A DNA stretch of 64,000 nucleotides from Salpingoeca rosetta (taxonomy: Eukaryota; Protista; Choanoflagellata): positions 83,775 to 147,774 of the forward strand of contig JAWQFM010000017.1 of assembly GCA_033442325.1 (NCBI GenBank), written 5' to 3'. Under the pieces are notes generated by a model. It did not search any database and was not told the origin of the DNA. It was given only the letters and a program-made list of their open reading frames with translations. Position numbers and translations under genes: made by a program. Of the stretch, positions 24,701 to 36,700 are shown one piece after another (the stretch's first letter is position 1; the number at the start of each line of letters is the position of its first letter).

Positions 24701-27700
24701 TCCGGAACGCTGCGGCTCGTTGGTGACGCGCCCGTGGCCGCATACCAGGCGCTGCTGCGCACGCTCACCTTTGTGCACTACAGCCAGAACCCCACGGCAA
24801 GCCCGCAGCGGCGCATCTCGGGCTACTTCTCCGACGGCATCGACAACGGGCTCATGCAGCTCGTGTTCGTCAACGTCATTCCCGTGAACGACGCGCCCGT
24901 CGTGAGCGCTTCGGGCAGTGGCGTCTTCATCCAGCACGGCGAGCCCGTGCGCGTGTTTGATGCGGTTGCCCTCACTGACGAGGAGAACAACCACCTGCAG
25001 AACGCGAGCGTGTGGATTGCCGATGCGCAGGACGACGCGCTGGAGAACCTCACACTCACCTACACCCCGCCGCCCATTGAGAACAGCGCCGCTGGCCGCA
25101 AGCTCGGCCTTGCCACCACCACCGCCATCGACACGCCGTGCGCGGACGAGCCAGGCTTTCTGTGCGCCGAGGACACCATGTCCCTCGCGGCGTCCGCCAG
25201 CGCGCCCAACACGGGCGCGGTCTCTGCCGTGTTTGTGTCCATGCAGCTGCAGCACGACATGCTGGGCGATGTTCGCGCATACCTCGAGCACGACGGCGTG
25301 CGCGTGCTGTTGTTTGACCGCCTCAGCGCCTCCACCAGCACCGCAGCAGGTGCGGGCGACTGCCAGGCCACCACTGCCCTGTTCCACTTTGCAGACGGCG
25401 CGGGCACGCGTGCCAACCAGGCCTGTGCCCGTGACACGGGTGCTGGGGAGCCGCTCGCGTCCTCCATCGAAGGCAGCTTTGCGCCCGCATCGTCGCTGGC
25501 CGCCTTTGTTGGCCACGCTGCCGACGGTGACTGGACGCTGCAGGTTGTCGACACGTACCTGCCCTACCGCTTTGGCCAGCTGCTCGATTGGTCTCTCGTC
25601 GTCACCGTGGGCACGCGCAACATCACGCTGTCGCCCGAGCTCGTTGCCGCCTCGGGCCCACCAGCGGTTGCCCTGCCCACGACTCCGTACACGTCGCTCT
25701 CCGACGTGCCGCACTCCGGGGTGGTCACGGACGTGGACGTGGCCGTGTTCCTCAGCCTTCACGACAGCGCCACGGAGGTGCGCCTTCGCCTGGCCCACCC
25801 CGACGGCACAGCCGTGCAGCTGCTGACCAAGATTGGCGGCGGGTGCGCCTTCCAGGGCACCGGCGCCGTTGTCCTTGACGGCAGCGCCGCGTCCCCCATC
25901 ACCTTCAACCAGCTGTGTGTGGACCTGAGCAGCGGCCGCTACTTTGCCAGCGAGCCGCTGTCCACCTTCCACGACAAGCTCGCCGCGGGCGAGTGGTCCC
26001 TCACCGTGGACCAGGTCGATGTCGGCTACGTTGCCCTGCACGGCTGGGCGCTCTCCCTCACCACGCGTCCGAACGTCGGCGTGTCGTACTCGGCGTCCCA
26101 GCACGCACTGTCGCTTGTGGGCGAGGACACGCTCGAGGTGTACAGCGTGCTGCTGCGCTCCATCACCTACCGCAACGACCGCTACCGCCCCACCGGCACC
26201 AGCCGCGACGTGCGCGTGCGTGTTGCCGATGCCGACCCATCCAACGTGGCAGGCGTCACCGTCCTCGTGCACCGCGCCGCTGTGGTGTCGCTCGGCGCAA
26301 CGCCAGCCATGCTCAACAACACGGCCGCCACATTTGTGGAGAAGGGCCCTGCCATCACCATTGCCCCAGCGGCTTCCATTGAGTACGACGACGTGTTCGT
26401 GCTGTCTGGCGCCACCGTGCGCATCACCAACGTGCTTGACAACGGGTTTGAGAGCTTGGCCGCGAACGTCTCCCACCCGCTCCTCACCGTCTCAGCGGCC
26501 ACACAAGACAGCACCGAGCTGGAAGTGAGCGGCGAGGCGCCCGTGGCCGTGTACGAGGACTTGCTGCGGAACATCCTGTACACCAACCTGGATCGCGACC
26601 CAGACAACACGACGCGCCTGGTGGCCGTCACCGTCCGCGATACGGCCAACCTCTTCAGCGACGTGCACTTCTCCCACATCACCATTGGGCCTGTCAACGA
26701 CCCACCAGAGCTTGTTGTCGGCGCTGGCGATCCATATACGCTGGCGACGAGCGAGCACGTGGAGCACGGCGGCCCAACGCAGGTCCTTCCCGTCGGCGCA
26801 ACCTTGTTCGACGCAGATTCGCCAACGCTCAGCTCGGCCACCGTCAAGCTCCTGAACAGCCTGGACGTGTCAATGGACACGCTGCAGCTGAATGACCCGG
26901 CCTTTGTCTCGGATGTGTCCACGACCGTCGTGCTGTGCGCGTCCATCCCGTCTTTCGTGCCGTGCCCGCACAGCCTGCCCCAGACGGTGCTCACGCTCAC
27001 CCCGGCCCCGCAAACAACAGCGACCGTGGCGCAGATGCTGCAGGCCCTCTCGTCCGTCACGTACAACAACACGGCGGACGAGCCAGACCCGGGCCCGCGC
27101 TACTTTGAGCTCTCCGTCTCTGACGGCGAAGACACGAGCATCCTGCAGTACGTGCGCATGGACATTGTCCTCGTCAACGAGAACCCGCCCAGCCTCTCGC
27201 TGGACCCATGCGAGTGCACTGGGCAGACATTGGCCGGCGCACCAGAGGGATACGGCTCGTTTTGCTTCAACCACGCAAACCCGTTCCCGGACGAGAACGG
27301 GCCCTTCTGCTTCGTGCGCCCGTCATGTCCAAAGGCGCAGGCGACAGTGCAAGGCCTCTTCTTCGCGTACTGCTCTGAGCTGCAGTACACCGAGGGGCAG
27401 GCGGCGCTTCGCCTGGCTGGAAACGGCTCCATCTCCGACAACGACGACCCTGCCCGCTTCCCGCTGTACAGTCTGCAGGCTGTCCTGGTCGACGCTGAGC
27501 CACAGGAGCGGCTCTTCCTTCTGGAGGACGTGGCCACACCTGCCGGCCTCAACGTCACCTACAACGCAACTTCGGGCACCTTGCGCGTTGCTGGCGAGGC
27601 GCACCTCTCCACATACGTGGCCGTGCTGCAGCAGCTCGCGTACACCAACAACGCGGAGGAGCCTCTCGACCAGAACCGGCGCGTGCTGGTCACGGTCTAC

Positions 27701-30700
27701 GATGGTGCATCAGACAGCAACACGGTTTCGCGAATCATTGAGGTCAACCTCATCAACGACCAGACGCCCGTGGTTGATCTGAGCGGCGACGCTGCTGCGG
27801 GCATCGACTACGACAACGTCACCTTTGTGGAAGAGGGCGCGGACGTCAGCGTGGTGGATGCGCAGCGCCTGACGGTGCGCGACGATGACTCTGGACCTTT
27901 CCTCATGCAGTGGGCCAGCGCCACCATTGTCAACGGCCAGGACGGCAGCGCAGAGCAGCTGTACGTCACGGCAACGTCGCCCAACATCACGTCCGTGGTG
28001 TACACGCCAGCAAACTACACGCTGGAGCTGCGCGGTGCGGCGGAGGCGAGCGAGTACGAGCGTGTGCTGCGCACGCTCATGTACGGCAACAGCGCGGACG
28101 AGCCGCAGCCGCCGACAGAGCGCAACATCAGCGTTGTGGTCGCAGACGACAGCCACGTGAGCGCGGCGGCGGTGAGCAGGGTGCGCATTGAGCTGACCAA
28201 CGACGCACGCTGGCCTTTCGACCTAAGAACCTCTCTTGCTTCAGCCCCTTAACACTTAGATGCCTGGTTTGATTAACCAGGTGCAACTATGCGGTATGAG
28301 TTATCGTGTATAGCTCACAGCTGCTATATACTCCTGGTGGCCACCGACTCTTTCCGAGGTGTATGTTACACTAGATGGCACCCCAGTCTGGTAATGCGGC
28401 AGGATCCCCTGTAGCTGAGACGTGGCTTCTGTGATCACGCGACCTCAGGTATTCGGTTAGACTAACGGGGTCAAAAGACGTGACGTCAGGGTCCCCTATA
28501 CGATCTTTAGGGAATCAGGGCACTGCCGGATCCCACGACGCCGGTCGGACACCACTGCGCGGATGTTTGTTGCATCAACTTTTCCACAGTAGTCTGATTT
28601 GGGTAGTAACTCCGAACCATAGGAATGACAAGGTATCCAGTACAAGAGACATCGCAGCTGGACGCGGGCTCGTGAGCGCATCGCATATTGATGGAGCGCG
28701 TGGCACAATAGCAGAATGGTTCGTCCCGGGCGGCGGCGTGTCGCTGCAGTCGACGGCGTTTGTGTCGTTTATGGGCGTGAACGATGCGCCGATCCTCGAC
28801 CTTGACGCGTCGTCGCCCGGCAGCGGGTACAAGGCGGTGTTTGTTGAGGAGCAGGGCGCGGTGGCTGCTGTGTCGCCAACGGACCTTGTGCTGATTGACG
28901 TGGACAACGCGACGGTGTCTGGGGCGTGGGCGCGGCTGTGGAGCGCGGAGAGTGCGAGCAACGCCGACGCGCAGGAGCTTGTGACCGACACGAGCGGGAC
29001 GGGCCTGTCGTGGTCGTACGACAGCGCTTCCCGGGTGCTGAGCGTGAGTGGTGTTGGGACGACGGCTGAGTATGCGACGGTGCTGTCGCGCGTGCAGTAC
29101 AACAACATGGAGGATGAGCCGCACCCAGCGAACCGCACGGTGACGTTTACGGTGTCTGATGGGCTTGCGACCAGCACGCCCGTGAACAGCACCATCCGCA
29201 TCCTCCTCACCAATGACCCGCCGCGCCTGTACCTGAATGGCAGCGCCATCGTCCCCGATACCAGCATCGTGTATGACGAGGGCGAGGGCCTGCGGCAACT
29301 CTTTGACAATGTGCTCGTGCAAGAGGATGACGTTGGCGACCTCATCACTCAGGCTGTGCTTGAGATCACCAACCCGCAGAACGGCAATCTGGAGAGCATG
29401 GCGCTCCTCTCGTTTGTGGGCGCATCCGTTCAGCTTGGCCCGGCCTCGCTGACCCTGACCAAGCCCGACGGCGTCGCGGCGTGGATTCAGATTCTGGAAA
29501 CGGTCGCATACACCAACGACGCCAAGGCCCCGCGCGGCGAGGTGCAGCGCGTCATCACCGTGCGCATCAAGGACCTTGCAGGCGCGTGGTCAAACACGGC
29601 GTCCTGCTTTGTCACCATCATCGAGCGCAACGACTCTCCTGTGCTGACCAGCACCGCATTTGCGCTGGCGGACGAATTCGAGGATGAGACAGACACCACC
29701 GCAACACCTCTGGCCGCGCTGATTGGCCCATCCATCACAGATGCTGACGCAGATACCCTCGCTGGTATTGCTGTCACGGGCTTTGACACAGATGGCGGCC
29801 GCTGGCAGCTGTTGGTGAACAACACGCTGTGGGTGGACATCCCCGTTGTGTCGCCAGCATCCGCACTGCTGCTGCCACTGGACGACGCTGTCATTCGCTT
29901 CGTGCCCTTGCCAGACTTCAATGGCGTGCAAACGCTCTCCTTCCGCGCATGGGACCAGACAGAGGGCGAGGCTTACAACTACACGGACACGACGGCCGCA
30001 GCAGCATCGGCATTTAACGCCTTTAGCGCCTCTGTCGGCACGCTGTCCATCAACGTGCTCCCACTTAACGACCGCCCACTCCTCAACGCCACCCGCGTTG
30101 CCGCCTTCCCAGACATCAACGAGGACGTTCCTGTTGCCGACAACACTGGTGCGTCGCTGGCTTCGCTCGTCGTGGGCGCTATCGACGACATTGACGCGGG
30201 TGCTGTGCCTGGCGTGGCTGTTGTGGAAGCAGACGTCAGCAACGGTGCTTGGCAGTTCTCCCTGGACGGGGGCTCATCCTGGACAACCGCAAACGTGAGC
30301 AGCGCGCAGTACCTGCTTCTGGACGCCTCCAGTGCACAGACGCGCCTGCGCTTCCTGCCAAACCTGCAGTTCCACGGCACCACGTCCCTCACCGTGCAGG
30401 CCTGGGATCAGACCGACGGCGAGGCAAGCGGCTCCTACGTCAACTCGACACGTGCCGATGCGCCAACGTCACCGTTCAGCCTGGCCCACGCCCGCCTCTT
30501 GCTCACCGTCCTGCCTGTGAATGACCAACCCGTGCTCAACGCCACGGCAGCCACGGCAGTGAGCCTCACCCCGATCATGGAGGATGTCCCGTCAGCCGCC
30601 AACACCGGCGACGCTGTGTCATCGCTGCTCGAGCGCGTGGTGGTGGACTTTGATGCGGACGCCGTTCTGGGCGCCGTCGTGACCGCTGTCGATGACACCA

Positions 30701-33700
30701 ACGGTATCTGGGAGTACCGGGGCATGTATGCCAGCGCGTGGCGCGCCATGACGCCGCCCAGCGGCAGCGGTCTGCCGCTCCTGCTCAAGGGCACTGCGCG
30801 CGTGCGCTTCCGCCCCGGCCTCAACTTCCATGGCAATGCCACGTTCACCTTCCACGCGTGGGACCAGAGCAGCAACTCCACAAACGTCACGTCCGCGCTT
30901 GGCGACATGACGGCGGCCATCAGTGACGCCAGCGCCATGGCAGCAATCACCGTGCTGCCCGTCAACGACGCGCCAACCTTCACCGGCGTGCCGCTGCGCC
31001 TCAACAGCATCTTCGAGGACGTGCCTGCACGCAACAACTTGGGCACGACCATCGCTGACATTGTCGACGCCGGCGTGATGGACGTGGACGAGGATACGGA
31101 GCTTGGCCTCGCGGTCGTCGACTCGAGGGTGGAAGGCGGCTCATGGGAGTACCAGGTGGTTCCTGGTGGCAACTGGTCCACCTTCTTCGGCACCATCCTC
31201 ATCAACGGTGCGCGCTACCCCGAGTATGCGACGGAGCGCCGTGCAACGCTGCTTGGCCCCGACGCCCGCATCCGCTTCCTGCCCGATCGCAACTTCAACG
31301 GCGTGGCCACGCTTGTTGCCAAGGCCTGGGACATGACCGCTGGGTACTCTGGACAGTTCAACGTCGACACGCGAAACGCAGTGCCCACAGGTGCGTTCAG
31401 CCTGAACACGACGCAGGTCAGCATCGACGTCGAGTCCGTCAATGACATCACACAGTTGCAGCTCAACGCAACGGGCAACGCCACAAACGCCTTTGTCACG
31501 TTTGTCGAAGGCTCTGACGGAACCCTGGTGACGGAGGGTGTCACCCTCACGGATGAGGACGACACGCACCTGGCCTGGGTCGAGCTGCTCCTGGCTGACA
31601 TTGAAGACGGCACAGACGAGACGCTCACCGTGCACATGGTGAACAGCACGGCCAACGTCACGCTGACAGCGGTGCGCATGGGCATCAACAACGACATGCT
31701 GCGCCTGACCCTGAGCGGCAGCGGCCTGTCCCTTGACATGGCTGCGTTGCTCCTGGAGAGCACGACGTACAGCAACGCGGCGCTGGAGCCTGTCGTGGGC
31801 GAGCGTGTTCTCACCGTCTCCGTGAGCGACGGCCTCAACCCGGTCTCCGCACAGACGCGCATCAATGTCGTTCCCATCAACGACAACGCGCCCCTCATCT
31901 CCAACGTGACCACGGACCTCGTTTATGACGAGAACTCTGGGTTCGTGCACGTTTCCCCCTGGCTGCAGCTCTCGGATGACGACCACAACGACCTCTTCTT
32001 CATGGATAAGGCGCTGCTGGAGCTGGAAGACCCACGCACAACCGAAGTGCTGCGTGTCGATGCGCAGAGTGCAGCTGCATCCCTGCCTGGACTGCAGGCG
32101 TCATTCGCCAACGGCGTCCTCACCCTCAACGGCCCTCTCTCCGTCAACGACATGCAGGCGGTGCTGCGAGAGGTGGAGTATGCGGACGAGGCGGAGGAGC
32201 CCGATCCGGACGCACGCCGTATCCATCTCACAGTCCTGGACGATGACTTCATCTCAAACGAGGTGGTGTTTGAGCTCGAGATGGCTCTCATCAACGACCA
32301 GACGCCCGTGGTTGATCTGAGCGGCGACGCTGCTGCGGGCATCGACTACGACAACGTCACCTTTGTGGAAGAGGGCGCGGACGTCAGCGTGGTGGATGCG
32401 CAGCGCCTGACGGTGCGCGACGATGACTCTGGACCTTTCCTCATGCAGTGGGCCAGCGCCACCATTGTCAACGGCCAGGACGGCAGCGCAGAGCAGCTGT
32501 ACGTCACGGCAACGTCGCCCAACATCACGTCCGTGGTGTACACGCCAGCAAACTACACGCTGGAGCTGCGCGGTGCGGCGGAGGCGAGCGAGTACGAGCG
32601 TGTGCTGCGCACGCTCATGTACGGCAACAGCGCGGACGAGCCGCAGCCGCCGACAGAGCGCAACATCAGCGTTGTGGTCGCAGACGACAGCCACGTGAGC
32701 GCGGCGGCGGTGAGCAGGGTGCGCATTGAGCTGACCAACGACGCGCCCGTGATTGACCTGAGCGGGCCCAGTGTGCCTGGGCGCGACGTTGTTGCGCAGT
32801 ACCGCGAGGGCCAGGGCGCGCTGTCGCTCGTGGACAGCAGCGCCGCGCGCATCTCGGACGACGATGACACGGAGCTGGCGTACGTGAGCGTGTCGATTGT
32901 GCCTCGCCCGGACGCGGAGGCTGAGGTGCTTGCGTTTGACGCTGGCGTCCTGAGCGGGGCCGGCAGCGGCATCACGGTGAACGCGACGAGCGCAGGCGTG
33001 GTGCTGCGTGGCCCCGCAAGCGTGGGCGCGTTTGAGGCCGTGCTGCGGACGCTGACGTACGAGAACACAATGGCCAAGCCCGGGCGGCCGAGCACGGCGC
33101 TGCGGCACGTGGAGGTTGTTGCCGAGGACGTGCGCGGCGGCGTGTCGCTGCAGTCGACGGCGTTTGTGTCGTTTATGGGCGTGAACGATGCGCCGATCCT
33201 CGACCTTGACGCGTCGTCGCCCGGCAGCGGGTACGAGGCGGTGTTTGTTGAGGAGCAGGGCGCGGTGGCTGCTGTGTCGCCAACGGACCTTGTGCTGATT
33301 GACGTGGACAACGCGACGGTGTCTGGGGCGTGGGCGCGGCTGTGGAGCGCGGAGAGTGCGAGCAACGCCGACGCGCAGGAGCTTGTGACCGACACGAGCG
33401 GGACGGGCCTGTCGTGGTCGTACGACAGCGCTTCCCGGGTGCTGAGCGTGAGTGGTGTTGGGACGACGGCTGAGTATGCGACGGTGCTGTCGCGCGTGCA
33501 GTACAACAACATGGAGGATGAGCCGCACCCAGCGAACCGCACGGTGACGTTTACGGTGTCTGACGGGCTTGCGACCAGCACGCCCGTGAACAGCACCATC
33601 CGCATCCTCCTCACCAACGACCCGCCGCGCCTTGCCGCCTCGAGCAACCTTCGCAACGTGTTTGAGGACGCGGCGTTGGCCGTGTTCCCCGACCTGGTTT

Positions 33701-36700
33701 TGGAGGATGACGACAGCGACTCGCTCTCCTCTGCTGTGTTCCGCATCCTCAACCCCGTCGATGGCGTTCTGGAGCGAGTGTACCTGCCTGCTGATGTTGC
33801 TGTGCCTTCTGGCCTTGAGCTGCGGGACAACGACACCAACAGCATGAGTGTTGTCGGTACCGCGCCTCTGTCAACGTGGCAGGACGTCCTCTCGTCCGTC
33901 CACTACCGCTCGCTCTCACAGCAGCCATACCCGGCTATTCGCGAGGTGACACTGCAGGCGCGTGACGACATGAACGCCACCAGCAACACGGTGCGCGCGA
34001 ACATTGGTGTGTCGACGCAAAATGACGCGCCGCGCCACCGCTCCAGCTACCCGTACGACGAAACAGTGTCTGTGCTTGAGGATGGCGTGCTCGTTCTGCC
34101 CTCGCTGCGGTACTTCCACGATCCGGACGACGTGCTGCAGCCGAGCGGCGTCGTCGTGACGCCTTCACCCCATCACGGTACAGCCCAGGTGAACATGACC
34201 AACGGTGATGTTGTGTACACGCCCGACGCCAACTACTTTGGCAGCGACTCGTTTGGCTTCCTCGTGTGCGACAGCAAGCAGGCGTGCTCCCCAGCCACCA
34301 TTGACGTGGCTGTGCAGCCTGTGAACGACCGACCAACGGCCGAGAACCTGACGGTGACCGGCCCCGAGGACACGCTGTTTGTGATTGATCTCCTTTCGCT
34401 GGTGGACGACGTGGAGGATGCTGCCGAGCTCTGGCGCGGCCTGAGCATTGTGAGCGAGCCCGGCCGCGGGCGCCTCGTTGGCTGGCTTGCAGGCGACGGC
34501 ACCAGCACCACCACATCCACCGCTGCATCGACGCTGTCTTCAACGACGATGGATGGCTCTGGGATGGACGCCACCATGCCCCCGATGTCCGGTGACGGTG
34601 GTTCTGGCGATACAACCACCACCGCCACTACCACTACCACGAGCACGAGCACGACAGCAACGACGACGACGACCATGACCACGTCCTCTTCGTCGTGGTC
34701 ACTGGACATGGGCTCTGGTGACACTTCTTCTTCTTCTTCTTCAACAACGACAACGGCCACGACAACAACCACAGGATCTGGTATGTCACCACCAGTGTTC
34801 AGCACGACAACTACCACGACAACCACTGCACCGGGCAGCACAACGGCCTTTGCTGGATCCGTGACGCCCGCACCCCCGACAGAACCCACGCTGCCGGACA
34901 CCCTATTTGAGCCGACACTTGGGCTTGTGGGGTACATTCCCGATGCGCACTACCACGGGGAGGACGCGTTCCGCTTTGAGGTGTGCGATCCAGAGGGCCT
35001 GTGCTCGCAGGCTGTGATCTCACTGGTGATTGAGAGCGTCAACGACGTGCCTGTCGCCGTGAGCATTGCGCTGACCACCGAGGAGGACATGGCCGTTGCT
35101 GTGGACGTTGGCCCGTACGTCGCTGATGTGGAGGATGCCGACACGTCCCTGGCGCTGACGGTGACGCAACCAACCAGCGGCACGGGCATTGCTGCCGGCA
35201 ACACCATCACATACCAGCCAAACGCGCAGTTCACGGGCCAGGACGCCTTCACGTACACGGTGTGCGACCGCGACGGCGCGTGCGCAACGGCAAATGTGAG
35301 CGTGTTCGTGCACGCCATCAACGACCGCCCGCGCGCCGCCAACATCACTGGCGAGCTGCTTGAGGATTCATCGCTGACCCTGAACCTCGTAGACCTCGTG
35401 TTTGACGTGGAGGACCAGCTCGACGGCATGGACGTCACCATCACCGAGGACGTGCAGAGCGGCGCGCTCACGTACGACGCCAACTCGGGCATTGCGCTGT
35501 ATGTGCCCGATGAGAACTTCAACGGCTGGGATGGCTTCACGTACCGCGTGTGCGACACGCAGGGGCTGTGCAGGGTTGGCCGCGTGGACCTGACGGTGTG
35601 GGCGATGAACGACGTGCCCGTGACCTCCACGGCGACGCTGACGGTGCGCGAGGACGAGGCACACGCGCTGGCGCTGCGCCCGTACGTGTCCGATGTGGAG
35701 GACAACGCGGCGGACCTGCAGTTCACCGTGGCCGTTGCCCCACTCCACGGCACGGCCAGCATCGACGCCAGCACGGCCGTGCTCACGTACACGCCTGCCA
35801 GCGACTACTCTGGCCTGGACACGGTGCGCTACCGTGTGTGTGACACGGAGGGCGCGTGCGCGCGCGGCGAGGTCGACATCACGGTGACTGAGGTCAACGA
35901 CGCACCGGTGGCGTCGGATGTGGCGACCACCACGCCGGAGGACACGCCACTGCTGCTCCTCGCAAGGGACTACGTGGTGGACGTGGACGACGACGTTGCG
36001 GACCTGTCCGTGACCGTGGGCGCGCCAACGACGGAGCATGGCACGCTGCGCGTGGACACACGCACGGGTATCATCTCCTACACCCCGGACGACAACTTCC
36101 ACGGCACAGACGCGTTCAACTTCACCGTGTGCGACCTTGCTGGCCTGTGCGACACTGCCAGTGTCAGCGTGGAGGTGCTGAGCGTCAACGACGCACCCAC
36201 CGTGGCCGATGTGCAGGAGAACGTGCTTGCAGGCACGGCCATTGTGCTTGACGTTGTGTCGCTTGCGGAGGACGTGGACGAGGAGCCGCCGTCCGACCCG
36301 AACCACGTGCTCAACCCGCTCTCCGTGCGCGTCACGCGCCAGCCGGAGAACAACCTGGCCTTTGTGGAGGTGGTGGACGGGCGTGCCGTGGTGACATACG
36401 TTGCGCAAGAGACCACGTCCACGTACGGCTTCTTCGGCACGGAGACGTTTGAGTTCGAGGTGTGCGACAAGTTCCAGGAGTGCGCGCGCGGCACGGCGAC
36501 CATCACAGTTGACTTTGAGGGCCCCGCCGTGGCCTCGGTTGTCGCATCTGACCCGGACGACGGCGACTTCACCTTCTCCACCGGAGACGAGATTGTGGTC
36601 ACGTTCAGCGAGGCCACCAACATGCCGTTTGGCACCTCGCTTGACGAGGAGGACGTGGCGCAGCTCCTTGAGCTACCGACCGCCCTCGCCTTCTCCGGCC

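Noticed and set aside
28207-28729. Group I intron interpretation (GACTA at ~28460 and TAGTC at ~28590 could form P7)
   Set aside because: There is no 5' U.G context or recognisable P/Q/S motif, 5-mers occur by chance in 523 nt, and excision would not restore the missing 389 coding bases.
28480-28729. Independent start of the 3406-aa ORF
   Set aside because: GTG start inside the foreign segment, no signal peptide, and the first ~83 aa are unrelated to the repeat consensus.
1092-33845. Very long minus-strand and alternate-frame ORFs (for example 3165-7520, 13611-16433, 20831-24265)
   Set aside because: Shadow ORFs caused by the strong GC3 codon bias of the real plus-strand gene; the translations have no domain character.
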